In this document: positions 31,401-43,105 of the stretch, piece after piece
How the letters are laid out: every line of letters begins with the position of its first letter
Position numbering within the stretch: position 1 is the stretch's first letter
NCBI GenBank assembly: GCA_918797485.1
Contig: CAKKNE010000006.1
Location: 3,410,001-3,474,000, forward strand
Reading direction: 5' to 3'
Source of the DNA: Pelagomonas calceolata
Taxonomy: Eukaryota
DNA length: 64,000 nucleotides
The notes under the pieces: model-generated
The model's input: the letters and a program-made list of their open reading frames with translations, nothing else
The model's database searches: none
What the model was told of the DNA's origin: nothing
Made by a program: the position numbers and the translations under genes

Positions 31401-33066
31401 GTAAGATTGATCACGGAGTCGACCGCGACGCCGCCCTGGCGGAAGAAGTACTCCTTGACCGGGCCCGAGAAGTCGAGGCCGCCGGAGTAGATGCAGACGA
31501 CCTTCGCGCCGCGCGCCTCGAGCTCGGAGATGAGCGAGACGTAGTGGCCCGCGTCGCCCGTGTTGATGTGCGACTTCTGCAATACGACGCCCACGACCGG
31601 AGCGTCCTCCGCCAGACCCGCGGCGGGCGCGTGCTCCGTCTCGTACCACTGGAAGTACTCTTCCGCCGTCTGGTAGACCTCCGGGCCGAGCGGGTGCCAG
31701 ATGCCTTTATCGGGCAACAACACAGGTTCCGCAATCAAGCCCTCCTGGTCGAGCGAGGCCATGTCGGCCTTCTCGACGACGGCCGGCACGTAGGTCGTAG
31801 CTAACGAGAGAAGCATCGACTGCAAGTTCTCGGGCGACCCGCCGAGCCAGTACTGGAACGACATCATGAAGCTCTTCGCGTCCTTGGCCTTGTCGCCCGG
31901 CAGGTACTTGAGCACCTTGGGCAGCGTGCGGAGCAATTTCAACATGGCCTCCTCGAACGAAGAACCGTCGTCGGCCTTCTTCTTCTTCATGAACTCACTG
32001 ACGACGCTCTTCGACTGGCCGAGCGAGGCCATGGTAAACCCACCGACCTTGTTGAGGCGCATGACCTCGGGCATGGACGGGAAGATGAGGACGGCGTCCA
32101 AGCGGTCGCGCTCGGCCTCTACCACTTCTTTCACTTGTTCGGCGAGCTCCTGGACGAAGATCAACGAACCAATAAACACGTTCGCCTCCTCGACGTCCTT
32201 CTTGAAGGCCGCGGCGTTCTTCTCGTCGCGCAGCTCCTCGAGCAAGTAGCCGACGCACTCGCAGGCGACGCCCGAGTTCTCGTTCTCGTTGATGGCCTTG
32301 ACCGCGGCGCTCATGGAGCTCTGGTACTGCGACTCGAGGACGACGTAGACGACCTTGAGCGGGGCGCGCGCGCCGCTCGGGTCGGCCTTGGCGGCCTGGT
32401 ACCTGTGTTTTGGTCGAGGGGTGAGATACTGTTGGTGTCGATGGCTTTGTGTGTCGTTGGCGCCTCGGCGGCGTCGTGGGACCGTGCGACGGCGTCGACG
32501 GCGTCGCGGCGTGGAAGCGTGCGGCCCGCGGCGGTTTCGCCCCGCCGCGGCGACGGCGCAAGTCTTCATGGCGAGGCCAACGAAGCGCGCCGACGCAGGC
32601 GACGCGTCGGCGCCTTCACATGATCACATGTGTGTGGCGCGCGCGCGCCGACGTTGCGTTGAATTGGAGATCTTTTGCTCTCGCCAGCTAAGCGGCGGAA
32701 GACGGCAGAAGATGTGGTGAGCGGTGCGCCGCGCGCCGCCGAGGCGGCGCGCGGCGCCGCGGTCGACGCCTTCGACGCTTCCGCGCAGCGCTGGGGCCGG
32801 TGCGCGCTTTTAACCTCAGGATATCTTCGCTCTCGATATCGGACGCCGGAAACGAACAGCTCCGTGCCGATGCGGCGGTCCTCCGGCGAGCTAGACGTAA
32901 ACATGCCGCCGCCGCTCGACAGCGACACGCCGCTCTCCTCCGCGAGAGCGCTGGACATGGCCACGGCCGGCGCTTTCACGACCCGGGGCGTCTTGACCGG
33001 CAGCGGCGCGCGCATGCCGAGAAACGCCGAGGCGCTTGCCAGCACGCATGCTGACAGCATCTTCAT
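28403..33066 (-). CDS. chlH: Magnesium chelatase subunit H, plastid-targeted (intron 32403-32857)
   Basis: 'ASASAFLG' presequence; '[13 protein letters not shown]', '[16 protein letters not shown]', '[15 protein letters not shown]', '[11 protein letters not shown]'; a phase-2 GT-AG intron joins the leader exon. Confidence 0.98.
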
Positions 33067-33575
33067 CGTGATGCAGCGACCGCTGTGCCTTAGCACCTTG
33101 CGATCGCGGGCCAGCTCGATGCCAATACGAGCTATCTAGTCGCAACTTCGACAAGGAGGGCCTGACGACCCCCCCCTCTCCGGCGCAATGACCCTTGGCG
33201 CGTCCCTCCCCCACTCGCGTCCGAACCAGAACGACCTCTCCGACGCCTCCCCGAGCAGTTGTCGCCTGCGCTTGCTGTGTGTGTTGCAAAATGGGGCTGC
33301 GGTTCTGAACCGCTCGATGCGACGACGTTCCGACGGCTCTAAGACAGAATCCCGCGGCTAAGGACCATTCGCGGCCGGCGCGGGGGCTCATGCACTCTGC
33401 CAGCCTCCTGGTAAAAAGAGTGGACGCCAGCGCAGCGCTCGCGTGACCAACGCCCGCGCAGCTGCGCCCTCGCAACTCTACCTTCATCACTGCGCACGCC
33501 GACGAGCGCTACGCCGCCGCCGCGCGCGCCACGTCGAGCACACAGCACTGCAGAGCAGAGGTTACGCCAAAATAA

Positions 33576-35274
33576 ATGGCCTCGTACCGCTTCCGACGAC
33601 GAATAGCGACGCTCTTCCTCGGCGCCGCAGCGGCCCTAGCGCCGGCGCGACCGCCGCGCGCCGCCATTTCACGAAGCGCCGCCGTCGCCGAGCTCCCCGT
33701 ACAACAACCAGCAAAAACGGACGAGGGCCCCATCGCCGTCCTCTTGCTGAACTTGGGCGGCCCCGAAACGAGTGACGACGTCGAGCCCTTCCTCTACAAC
33801 CTCTTCGCGGACCCCGACATTATTAGATTGCCCCCTGCTCTAGCCGGTTTACAGACGGCCATCGCGTGGCTCGTGGCAAAAAGGCGAGCCCCGAAATCGC
33901 GGGCGGCCTACGATTCGATCGGCGGCGGCTCGCCCATTCTGGAATATACCACTCAACAAGCTAGGTTACTTGAGAACAGACTCGGCCCGGACTACAAGTG
34001 CTACGTCGCGATGCGCTACTGGCACCCGTTCACCGACGACGCGGTCCAAAAGGCCGTGGCCGACGGCTGCACGTCGGCCGTCGTGCTGCCCCTGTACCCG
34101 CACTTTTCGATCTCTACTACCGGTACGGAGCGGCGTCCTTTTTCCGCCTTCGATGCAACGGCCGTACGACCGCGGGAGGGACGCTGGGCCTCTGTAGATC
34201 CCAACGGGTCGCGTCGATGGCGTACGGCGTCAGCCGGTTCGCGCCCGGCCCGCCGTTGCGGGTTCTTCGATGTCCGGTGGGGCGTGTCGTGACCTGGAGC
34301 CCCCATCGACGTCGCGCCGACGGCGTTGGGGCGCCGGCGCGCCGTCGCCGCGACCACCGCGCGCGTCGCATCGATAGAGAGACCTTCACACAATCACGCC
34401 GCGCCGATGCCTCGACGCCGTCGCCGCGAGGCGCGTCGGAGCGAGTCGTACCGCGTCGACGCCGTCGAGACGCAACCGCGCCGCAGGCTCCTCCCTAAGA
34501 GCATTACTAGCGGAGATGCAGGCCAAAGCGCCCGCACTCATGCAGCGCCACACGGTCGTCCCGAGCTGGCAGGGGAGCCCCGGCTACGTCGACGTCGTTG
34601 CGAAACTCGTCGCCGAGCAGCTCGACTCCCTCGACGACATTTCAGACACGACCACGGTCCTCTTCAGCGCCCACGGCGTCCCCGTCTCCTACGTGGAAGA
34701 AGCGGGAGACCCCTACAAGCGCCACATCGAAGAAACCGTAGCCAAGGTCACGGAAAACGTGAAAAGACGGCGACCAGCGACGACGGCGACCTTCGAGCTC
34801 TCCTTCCAATCGAGGGTCGGTCCCGTGAAGTGGCTCGAGCCCTACACGGATACTAAATTAGAAGAAATCGGTCAGAGAGGTTGTGACTCCGTGGTGGTCG
34901 TGCCGATCTCGTTCGTGAGCGAACACATCGAGACGCTGGAAGAGCTGGATATTGAATACAGGGAAGTCGCGGAAGAAGCGGGCGTCAAACACTGGCGGCG
35001 CGTGCCGGCTCTGAATCTGGACGAGGACTTCATCAGCGAGCTCGCGACGCAAGTGCGAGGCGCTCTCGCGAAACCCGTCGTGAACAGCGTCGACGCTTGT
35101 ATTTTGAATTCGTTTGATCTCACGGAGACGCCCGTCGGCATGCTTCCCGGTGTGGATGAACCGGTCGAGTTCGTGAACGGGCGGACGATGACGGTGGCCA
35201 TTACGCTCACAATCCTCTTCGAGCTTCTTGCCGATAGAGCGTCGGTCGTCGGGCTGCTGGGGCTGCCGGTATAA
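33576..35274 (+). CDS. hemH: Plastid ferrochelatase with a C-terminal CAB-like segment (intron 34123-34486)
   Basis: 'LLNLGGPET', 'IGGGSPI', 'AMRYWHPFT', spliced '[13 protein letters not shown]', 'FSAHGVP', '[10 protein letters not shown]', '[11 protein letters not shown]'. Confidence 0.96.
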
Positions 35275-35501
35275 GTTATAGTTATGAGTCGCGGCGATGG
35301 CGTGCTGGAGAGGTAGTGTTCCGCTCGGCGGCCTCGAGCGGCGGGTATGCTGTCATGAAAGACACGGCACGCGCCCGTCGCCGATGAATCGGGGGACTCC
35401 GCCCACTAGTCCTAGCACCGTAACAATAGACCCCGGCGGACCCGGTCAGCTCGGCCAGGAGTCCGACAAGCCCGTGCTAGGGATACAACACAAGGACATT
35501 A

Positions 35502-36479
35502 CTACGACCTAAAAACAGCACATCGCGCCCAGCTGTGCTTCCGGTAGACGTCGTTCGCGAGCTCGCCGCTCTGCTTCCAATTTGGGGCATGAAACGGGTT
35601 CCAGACCGCGCCCGAGACGAGCACGGCGCCAGCTTTCTTCAGGGCCCGCGCGTCTCTCGAAAGCTCGAGACGAGTAGGGGAGAAGAAGACCACAGTGGCG
35701 CGCCGCCGCCGCGCCGCGTCGAGGGCCGCGGCCCAGTCGTAGGAGCTGTCCGAGAGGCCCATGTTGAAGCCCACGAGGAGCGCGCCCGCGCAGAGGTCAG
35801 CGGCCTCGTATGACTTTTGTAGTGCCGCGACGACGACGCCGCGGTCGGCCCGCGCCCCGGTCTCCTCGGGCACCTGGGGCCCGACGAGCGTGACGATGAT
35901 TCCTTTGTCCCTCGGCAGCACTCGCTCGAGCGCGCGGGCCCACCACTGCGCCGGCGCCGCGGCCTCCGGCGGCGCGGCCCCAACCAAGTGGATGGCCCCC
36001 GAGGCCTCCACGCACCTCGCCGCCGCCGGGAACGCCGCCACGGCGTACGCGACGGAGAGCGGGAACGACAGCGCCAGCGCGGCAGCGGGATCGCGCCAGT
36101 TTGTCAGCCTCATCGGTAGGTACTCGATCGATGATAAATCAGCGCGGGTAAAGTCGAAGCTCTCCTCGACCGCGAGCGCGTCGAGCGACTCCTCTGGTAG
36201 CTGCTTGAGTATGTCGCAGGACGCGGCGTGGGCCCGCGCGTCGCGGCCGCGGCAGCGCGTCGAGCAGTACGACACGCGCCCGCAAGCCTCGCAGGAGAGC
36301 ATCGGCAGGCGCAGGCACACCGCGCAGCAGTCGTGGCCGGGCCGCAGCGATTTGTTTTGGTGTTGTCTCCGCCTGCCGGCGGCGTAGTCCCAGGCTCTGA
36401 GGCCGTCCTCTAAGTTGGTTTTGCTGGGCGGGCGGTCGCGTGGCTTGTGGCGTCGTCGGCGGCGTGCTGCACAGACCAT
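35502..36479 (-). CDS. MYND zinc-finger protein with an MSS51-like C-terminal region
   Basis: 'CAVC...CEACGRVSYCSTRC...AHAASC'; 'IHLVGA', 'LVGP', 'GFNMGL', 'NPF'. Confidence 0.75.
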   Translation of the reverse strand: MVCAARRRRRHKPRDRPPSKTNLEDGLRAWDYAAGRRRQHQNKSLRPGHDCCAVCLRLPMLSCEACGRVSYCSTRCRGRDARAHAASCDILKQLPEESLDALAVEESFDFTRADLSSIEYLPMRLTNWRDPAAALALSFPLSVAYAVAAFPAAARCVEASGAIHLVGAAPPEAAAPAQWWARALERVLPRDKGIIVTLVGPQVPEETGARADRGVVVAALQKSYEAADLCAGALLVGFNMGLSDSSYDWAAALDAARRRRATVVFFSPTRLELSRDARALKKAGAVLVSGAVWNPFHAPNWKQSGELANDVYRKHSWARCAVFRS

Positions 36480-37120
36480 TTTTGCTGCAGTGCTTGCTTT
36501 TTGATGTGTCGCAGCCTTTCCTTGCAGCGATTTTTGCTGTAATTCGCTTCGCAGCAATGTCACAGAAGGTATACAGCCCCGACGCTTCAGGAGTAGCACA
36601 TGCGCGTCGTATGCGCGCGGTACATCGTCGATTTTGTGAGAGCGGAGCCGCCACTACCAAAATCGGGCGCGGCTCGGCCTATGTGTCCGAGGGAAGACTG
36701 CTCCGAGGAGTCGTAGCATCAGGATTCCGAACGGCGTTTTGTTCGCCACAACCTGAGCGAGATCGAGGCAACAAAAACACTGCGCTGACGACCGTGAGCT
36801 GTACCACCGCGGCGCCCTAACCAAAACTGCTGGCCGTGGGGTGTTTACGACGTGACCGAGGTGCTGGCCCAGGGAGGCACGTCGAATTTTGGGCGCTTGC
36901 GTGGCTGTGAAGCCGAGTAGAGGCCCAAAGCGAGTCGGGCCAAATTGGCCCCGCGGACGGCCCCTCGACGCTCTGTAGCCACCTCGAGGACTGCCCGACG
37001 ACGCGCCGTCGCCGCGCCGTGGTTTGTAGCCGTAAAAAAGCTACAGAGACGGAACGCTCGACCGATTGCAGTCGGGCGAAGCGCTGAGTCCCGCCCCCCC
37101 CCGCAGGTCGTGAAGCAGAG

Positions 37121-37759
37121 ATGCCGTCGCGACGGACGGCGGTGCTGGCCGCCCTCGCGGCGACGGCCTCGGCCTTCGTCGCGCCGAGCCTCCAGGCGCC
37201 CAAGGTCGCGCCGAGGCACGCCCTCGTCGAGGAGGGCGCCTTCGTGCCCGACATGGAGCGCCGGAACATCATGAATTTAATTCTGGTCTTCGGCGGCGCT
37301 TTACCTGCCGTAGGTGGATTAGCTATCCCGTACCTCCTCTTTTTCATCCCGCGCGGCGGCGGCGGCGGCGGCGGCGGCCTGCCCGCCCTGACGAAGGCCG
37401 GCGACCAGGTGACGTTCAAGAGCTGGCTCGACTCGCACCAGGTCGGGAGCAGAGAGCTCGTCCAGGGCCTCAAGGGCGACGCGACCTACCTGATTGTCGA
37501 CGACAACAAGCAGATCCGCGACTACGGCATCAACGCCGTCTGCACGCACCTGGGCTGCGTCGTGCCGTGGAACAAGGCGGCGAACAAGTACATGTGCCCC
37601 TGCCACGGCTCGCAGTACGACGAGACGGGCAAGGTCGTCCGCGGGCCGGCGCCGCTGTCGCTCGCGCTCGCGCACATCACGGACAACGCGGGCGTCGTCA
37701 CGTTCACGCCGTGGACGGAGACGGACTTCCGCACGGGGCTGAACCCGTGGTGGAAGTAG
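37121..37759 (+). CDS. petC: Cytochrome b6f Rieske Fe-S subunit, plastid-targeted
   Basis: 'ASAFVAP'; '[11 protein letters not shown]'; '[10 protein letters not shown]', 'CPCHGSQY', 'GPAPLSLAL', 'WTETDFRTG'. Confidence 0.98.
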   Translation: MPSRRTAVLAALAATASAFVAPSLQAPKVAPRHALVEEGAFVPDMERRNIMNLILVFGGALPAVGGLAIPYLLFFIPRGGGGGGGGLPALTKAGDQVTFKSWLDSHQVGSRELVQGLKGDATYLIVDDNKQIRDYGINAVCTHLGCVVPWNKAANKYMCPCHGSQYDETGKVVRGPAPLSLALAHITDNAGVVTFTPWTETDFRTGLNPWWK

Positions 37760-38227
37760 ATTTCCTCCCCCCTGTCTAACAAAAACTCGCGTTTATTTTG
37801 TGTCTCGTCGACGGCGTGCGGGTGGCCGTCGTGTCGATGGCTTCGCGTCGATGGCTTTCGGGTGGCCGTGGCAGTGCCCGGCGCACATCGCACCGCTCCG
37901 GACGTCCCGAGACGACGGAGCACTGGCACGACCCCCGGGCGCGTCCCCTCCGGGTAGGGCGCGGCGGCCCCCGATGCGCCCCCGGTGCGGACCTGAGATT
38001 CCGGCGTCCGGCCTGCTCCCCCCTCGCCGCCGTCGCCTCCGAGCTAACACCCGGGGCGACGGCGTACGAGGGCCGGGGGCGGGGCGGGCGTGCGGTCACG
38101 CAGACCCCGCGGCGGCCGGGTGGCTAGGTAGCCTAGCTCTAGGCAAAGCAAAGCGGGAAAAATAGCAGGCGCCGCGCCGGCCGGGTGGCTAGGCAATCTA
38201 AGGAACGCAAAAATCACACATCCGCCA

Positions 38228-40255
38228 CTACTTAAGCATCTGCCACAGCGACCGCCGCTCATAGTCGTCCCGGCGCAACGGCCGCCCCCGCCGCAACGCC
38301 GCGGACAGGGACCGCGCGGGCAGCGTGTCCAAGGGAGGGAGCTTCTTTGTTGTATAAGGCGTCCGCGTGTAGAAGAACTCTTCCTCTTCATCAGAATCGG
38401 AAGAGTCATAGTAGCGACTTTTGGAAGGAGACGCCCGCTCCAGGGCCCGGACGCGCGCTTCTAACATCTCAACCTTGGACCGCGCGGCCGTCGCGATCTT
38501 GGCCCAGTCCGGCTCCGGCGAGAGCGGCGGCAATTTTTGTGGAGGCGTGACGGGCCGCGGCGTTTGGACCGGCGCCGGCGGCTCGTAGGCGCACGCCGCC
38601 TCATGTTTTTCGACGTCCCCAAACGAACCGGTGAAGCCGCAGCCTCTTTCACAGGCGTACTCCTCCTCTGACGACTCCACAGAGACGGGAGGCGCCGCCG
38701 CGACCCTCTGTAATACCTCCTGTTCTTCTGGAGAGAAGGCGACGAGGTGCACTCTGTCCAAACCCTCGAAACACGCGTCGCGAAGGGCCTCGACCGCTAT
38801 CATCAGGACGTCGTCCAGTGACCGGCTCCCTCGAAAGACGCCCGCACTCAGCAACGAAAAGGCGACCGTAGAACAGTCCTGGTCCCGCGCTAATCGCATC
38901 GCCTCCCCATAAGCGCTCCGCAGTAGCGCGTCGCCCTTCTTCAGATCCACTTGTCGGTAATCGGGCCCGACGGCGTGAATGACACAAGCGCAGCGCAGGG
39001 ACCCGAAGGAACCCGACGTGAGGACGGCGTCTCCAGTATGGCAGCGCTTGTCGTCGCTCACAGGTAAGGCCTGCCGCGCCTCCGCTAGTGAAGCCCCGCC
39101 GGCTCTCGTGATGGCGCCGTCGGCGCCACTCCCGCCCAGACATCGCTCGTTCGCCGCGTTCACGATCGCGTCGACGTGAGCGTCCACCACGCTTCCAGAA
39201 GACACAACTAACTCGCCGTGCGTCAACGCATGCCGCTCGATCTCGACGAGGCCATCTGTCAACCCATCGTCGGGCGGCGCCACCCGTTGTAAAGCCTCTC
39301 TACAAGCTTCTAGGGAGGGGTGGTCCCCGCCACAGATCGTTAATGCGTGCATGTACAATTCATAGGCCGTCTCTATTTCACTCAAAGCCTCGTGCGCGCT
39401 GCCCAACAGCAATATACTAGCGACGATCTCCGCGCCCTTCTCGCCGTGCCTGTCCATGTCCAACTCCAAGGCGCGGTCAAACACATGCGAAGCTTGTTCA
39501 TAATCTTGGAGGCCGAAGTACGCCCCTCCCACATTATGCAGCGTACTCGACTCGACCGTGTCTTCCCGTTCTTCGATAGCTAATGCTCTACTAAATAACG
39601 TCAACGCTCGTTCGTGGTCGCCGATCTCAGAATAGGCCACTCCACAGTTGTTGAGGGAGGCCACGAGGTCTGCGTGGGCGGGCCCGTACTCCCGCTCCTC
39701 GATGGCTAGGGCCCGTTCCAGGACCACCACCCTTTTAGCGTGTTCTCCTGTCGTAGCGTAGACCTGGCCCAGGTGCATGAGCGTGATCGCTAAATCGGCG
39801 TGGTCGCGCCCCAGTTCCCGTTCCTCAATCGCCAAAGCTCGCTCGAGCAACTGCTTCTTCCGCGCGTCGTCCCCCAATTCCCCATGCGCTAAGGCAAGTT
39901 CATACGCCGTCTGGGCGACAGCAGCGTCGTCCTCTGTGTAGTTGTCGAGGGCGCGTTCGAGCAGATCCCGCTTCGTCGCGTGGTCGCCCAAGTCGCCGTG
40001 CGCATTGCCCAACGAATGGAGGACTGCTGACGCTTCCAATGAATCGCGTCCATTATGTCGGATGGTGAGCTCCAAGGCGCGCTCGAGCGTGTCGACCGCG
40101 TCCCGATGCTCGCCTAGCGCCGCGTGCGTCTCGCCCAAGCTCTTGAGCGTCTCGGCGAGACGCGGGTCCGACCTCCCGAACTGGGTCTCCTCCATCCTTA
40201 GGGTCTTCGCGAACACATCTCTGTTTTTAGCAAGAGCATCGTCCCCGGTCGCCAT
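38228..40255 (-). CDS. TPR-repeat + Macro-domain protein
   Basis: Repeated 'LERALAIEERE.G.DH' TPRs; Macro motifs 'DAIVNAANERCLGGSGADGAI', 'VIHAVGP', 'AFSLLSAGVF'. Confidence 0.9.
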   Translation of the reverse strand: MATGDDALAKNRDVFAKTLRMEETQFGRSDPRLAETLKSLGETHAALGEHRDAVDTLERALELTIRHNGRDSLEASAVLHSLGNAHGDLGDHATKRDLLERALDNYTEDDAAVAQTAYELALAHGELGDDARKKQLLERALAIEERELGRDHADLAITLMHLGQVYATTGEHAKRVVVLERALAIEEREYGPAHADLVASLNNCGVAYSEIGDHERALTLFSRALAIEEREDTVESSTLHNVGGAYFGLQDYEQASHVFDRALELDMDRHGEKGAEIVASILLLGSAHEALSEIETAYELYMHALTICGGDHPSLEACREALQRVAPPDDGLTDGLVEIERHALTHGELVVSSGSVVDAHVDAIVNAANERCLGGSGADGAITRAGGASLAEARQALPVSDDKRCHTGDAVLTSGSFGSLRCACVIHAVGPDYRQVDLKKGDALLRSAYGEAMRLARDQDCSTVAFSLLSAGVFRGSRSLDDVLMIAVEALRDACFEGLDRVHLVAFSPEEQEVLQRVAAAPPVSVESSEEEYACERGCGFTGSFGDVEKHEAACAYEPPAPVQTPRPVTPPQKLPPLSPEPDWAKIATAARSKVEMLEARVRALERASPSKSRYYDSSDSDEEEEFFYTRTPYTTKKLPPLDTLPARSLSAALRRGRPLRRDDYERRSLWQMLK

Positions 40256-40724
40256 GGGGCTGCCCTTTCCTACGCAGCGGTGCTCCTTTACTTAAAGTCG
40301 CTTGCGCTGGGTCGTGTGTCGTTGCCCGAGCACCGGTGGCTGCGACGGTGCCGCGAGAGCGTCTCAGGCTGCAGCGCCGCAAGACGCGCTGTCCAGGGTG
40401 GCGGGTTTTTGGTGGAACCACCGCAGCCGTCGTCGAGGGAGAGGTCTGCGGCTACCGTCTATGGGGAATGCTGCGAAGGTGGGCGCTCGGACATCGAGCT
40501 GGCCCATCCTGCGCGTCTCTGGTGGCAAAGCGGCACTCCCGTCGGACGCGACCGAGGCACGGCGGGGAGCTCGCAACCACACGACTGCTGTGCGTTCCGA
40601 GGCAACTGAACCCAGCTGGAGTTCCAGCACGTAACTCTTCGGCCCACCTGAGCACAACCTGTGGGCTTGCCCGCCTGAGACGCCCGACGCCGCGGACGGG
40701 GGCGACCCAAAGAAGAAGGACACC

Positions 40725-41567
40725 ATGTCGACGGCCCGGACCGAGACGCGCACGAGCTCCTGGCGCACGCCTACTTTGAGAGGCCTCCGTCAGTCGCTCT
40801 CCGTCACGAGAAGGACAAAGCAGCCGGTCGAGGAGCCTCTACAACTGGACGCGGGCGGCCTGCGGAAAGCATTAGCAATTGGCAGCGACCTCATAGCATC
40901 GCCGACCGTGGACCACGTGCGCCAGCAGCGCGCCTGGGATTGCGGACTCGCGTGCGTCCTCATGGCGGCTCCGCACGCGCGACGACAAACCAAGTCGGAG
41001 GTGAAGTGGAATGACGTGGAGAAGGCCTGCGGCACGCGCTCCGTCTGGACCGTGGATTTGGCCTTTGCATTAAGGGCGTTGGGCTGTCGGGATTTTCTCT
41101 TTTTAACGAAGACGACGGGCTGCGATCCTTCCTACGCGCGGCTCGCGTTCTATCGGCGGGACCTCGGCGCTGATTCTACTAGAATCCAGTCGCTGTTTCG
41201 ACGGGCGCAGAACGGGGAGGTTTCCGTGAAAAGGGCAGTCGCGACAAGGGACGGGCTGCTCGAGGTCCTGCGGACGGGGCGGGTCCTGGCGATCGCGCTC
41301 GTCGATTTGCGGCTGCTGCACGCGCGCGCGGCGCGGACGTCGCTTCTACCTAGGTCGTACACGGGCCACTACGTGTTGCTGGTGGGCGCGGAGGGCGACC
41401 GCGTGCGCTACCGGGACCCGGCGGCGGACCGCGCGGAGCTGGTGATCGACGCGGATGATCTGCATCGGGCGCGCGTCGCGCACGGCACGGACGAGGATTT
41501 GATCCTCGTCGCGGTGGATACCTCGGAGACGGCGGAGGCGCTGCCGCCGATCCGGGGCGTAAGGTAG
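40725..41567 (+). CDS. GUCD1-like (C39-peptidase-fold) protein
   Basis: 'HVRQQRAWDCGLACVLM', 'SVWTVDLA', 'YTGHYVLL', 'YRDPA', 'GTDEDLI'. Confidence 0.88.
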   Translation: MSTARTETRTSSWRTPTLRGLRQSLSVTRRTKQPVEEPLQLDAGGLRKALAIGSDLIASPTVDHVRQQRAWDCGLACVLMAAPHARRQTKSEVKWNDVEKACGTRSVWTVDLAFALRALGCRDFLFLTKTTGCDPSYARLAFYRRDLGADSTRIQSLFRRAQNGEVSVKRAVATRDGLLEVLRTGRVLAIALVDLRLLHARAARTSLLPRSYTGHYVLLVGAEGDRVRYRDPAADRAELVIDADDLHRARVAHGTDEDLILVAVDTSETAEALPPIRGVR

Positions 41568-41660
41568 TCTTCTTGTTTATATTAGTCGCGGAGGCTGGGA
41601 ATGAATTGGGGGGTGAATTGCGCCATGGAGCGAGCACCGTCGTGGCGGCGGCGATGCGAG

Positions 41661-43105
41661 TTAGCACTCTGGTTCCGGCTCTGGCTCCTCCGTCGGCGTC
41701 GCGCGCCACGACGCAAACCAGCCCTCCGGCGGCGGCGGCGGGCTCTCGGTTAGCATCTCGACCGCTTGGGCCTTGATAGGGGGCAGGGGCGGCGGCGCCG
41801 ATGGCACGGCCGGGCCGGTGGATGCGTCCATGAAAGCGTTGGTCACCGGGACAAAGCCAGGCCACCCTTCAAGCTCCTCGGGGCGCGTCGGGAAGGAGCC
41901 CCATTGTTGGTGCAACGCCGCTTGCGCAGGCGCCTCGTACCAGCCGACCATTCGTCCGTGGGCCTCGTGGAGCTTGGAGGGTTTTTTCTTCAACCGAACG
42001 TAGCTTGCATATGAGAGGCACCCGCACACGCAGATTGCCACGACGCAGGCTATGATGATGATGAGCAGCGTGGCGTTGTCTCTCCGTTTCTTCTTGTTGT
42101 CCCACCTCGTCGTCGGCGTGCACCATGTCGTCGGCGTGGCGGTCGGGGCGTAGGTCTCACATGCCTCCTGGTAGTTGGCGTCGCCCGGCTCGCACTCCCT
42201 AGTCGACCACTGGTAAAGCTGGTTGTACGAGCAACCAACGCTATCGCAGATGCCATTCGACAGGGGCGCTGCGCACAATTCCTTCCCTTCGTTGTAGCAC
42301 AGTTCCATGGCCTGGTGCCAGGTCTTGGGGTCGCCCAGAACATTCCATGTAGCCTCGTAAAGACCCGCGAAGCAGCCGTCATTGTTAGCACCAACCCGCC
42401 GATGACACACGCCGGCGTCGTCGCAGCATCCGACCCCTATGTAAACCGGAACACCGTTTTCATCGGGAACAAATTCCAAGGCCGGGCTAGTCGCGCAGTA
42501 GACGTCTGCCAAACCACGACCGGAAACAGAACCATGCGATGGTTCCTGTAGATGGAGCTTCACGCCGCACGCTGGGAACATATTATGCGTCGGTAGGGGC
42601 GTCGGTTGGGGCAGCGTCGGCTGACACGAGACCGTCGGCTGAGGCGAGACTGTTGGCTGGAACGTCGGCGACGGGACGCAGCACGCATAGCTGCCCTTAT
42701 GTAGAACGACGTTGGTCGAGCTCCACCAGCCGCTGTCAGGATGGGGCGTACCAAGATAGTCGGTGTGCTTCCTGCACATGCCACCGGCCTGCGTGGATAA
42801 GAGTAAAGTCTAAACCTGCTGTCTGTGGAGAGAACACCGCCACTCGCCCGCGTCCCGACCTGGACCCAATTCTGGGTCCCCTCGCCGGGTCCGGGAATGA
42901 TCGGCGCCCACATATCGTGACCCGCTTGCTGTCCACCCACGGGTTCTGTATTGGGCCCTCCGCCCGGGCACAGCTGGTCATAGGTACACAGCTGCTCGTC
43001 GCAGCTCGCCTTCATTCCGTTATAGTCCTTGTTGGCACCATCCTGGTACCACACGACTTGTTGGCTCGCAGCAGCCACCAGCACAACCGAGGCTGCCCGC
43101 AACAT
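41661..43105 (-). CDS. Single-pass Cys-rich surface protein (intron 42789-42847)
   Basis: Signal-like N-terminus, Cys-rich ectodomain, QPT repeats, 'NKKKRRDNATLLIIIIACV' TM, Pro/Glu tail. Confidence 0.7.
42781..42847 (-). mobile_element. Degenerate mini introner (42789-42839), TSD GCGAGTGG/GCCGGTGG
   Basis: Ends CGGTGT ... TTATCCACGCAG; TSD 6/8; GC-AG phase-0 intron. Confidence 0.65.

Noticed and set aside
28316..32623. Long ORFs antisense or out of frame to chlH (similarly to the LHC, cpn60, petC and FG-GAP genes)
   Set aside because: Shadow ORFs caused by extreme GC3 codon bias; no recognisable motifs.
28403..37759. Bacterial or plastid-derived photosynthesis operon
   Set aside because: Genes lie on mixed strands and carry spliceosomal introns and/or bipartite targeting peptides.
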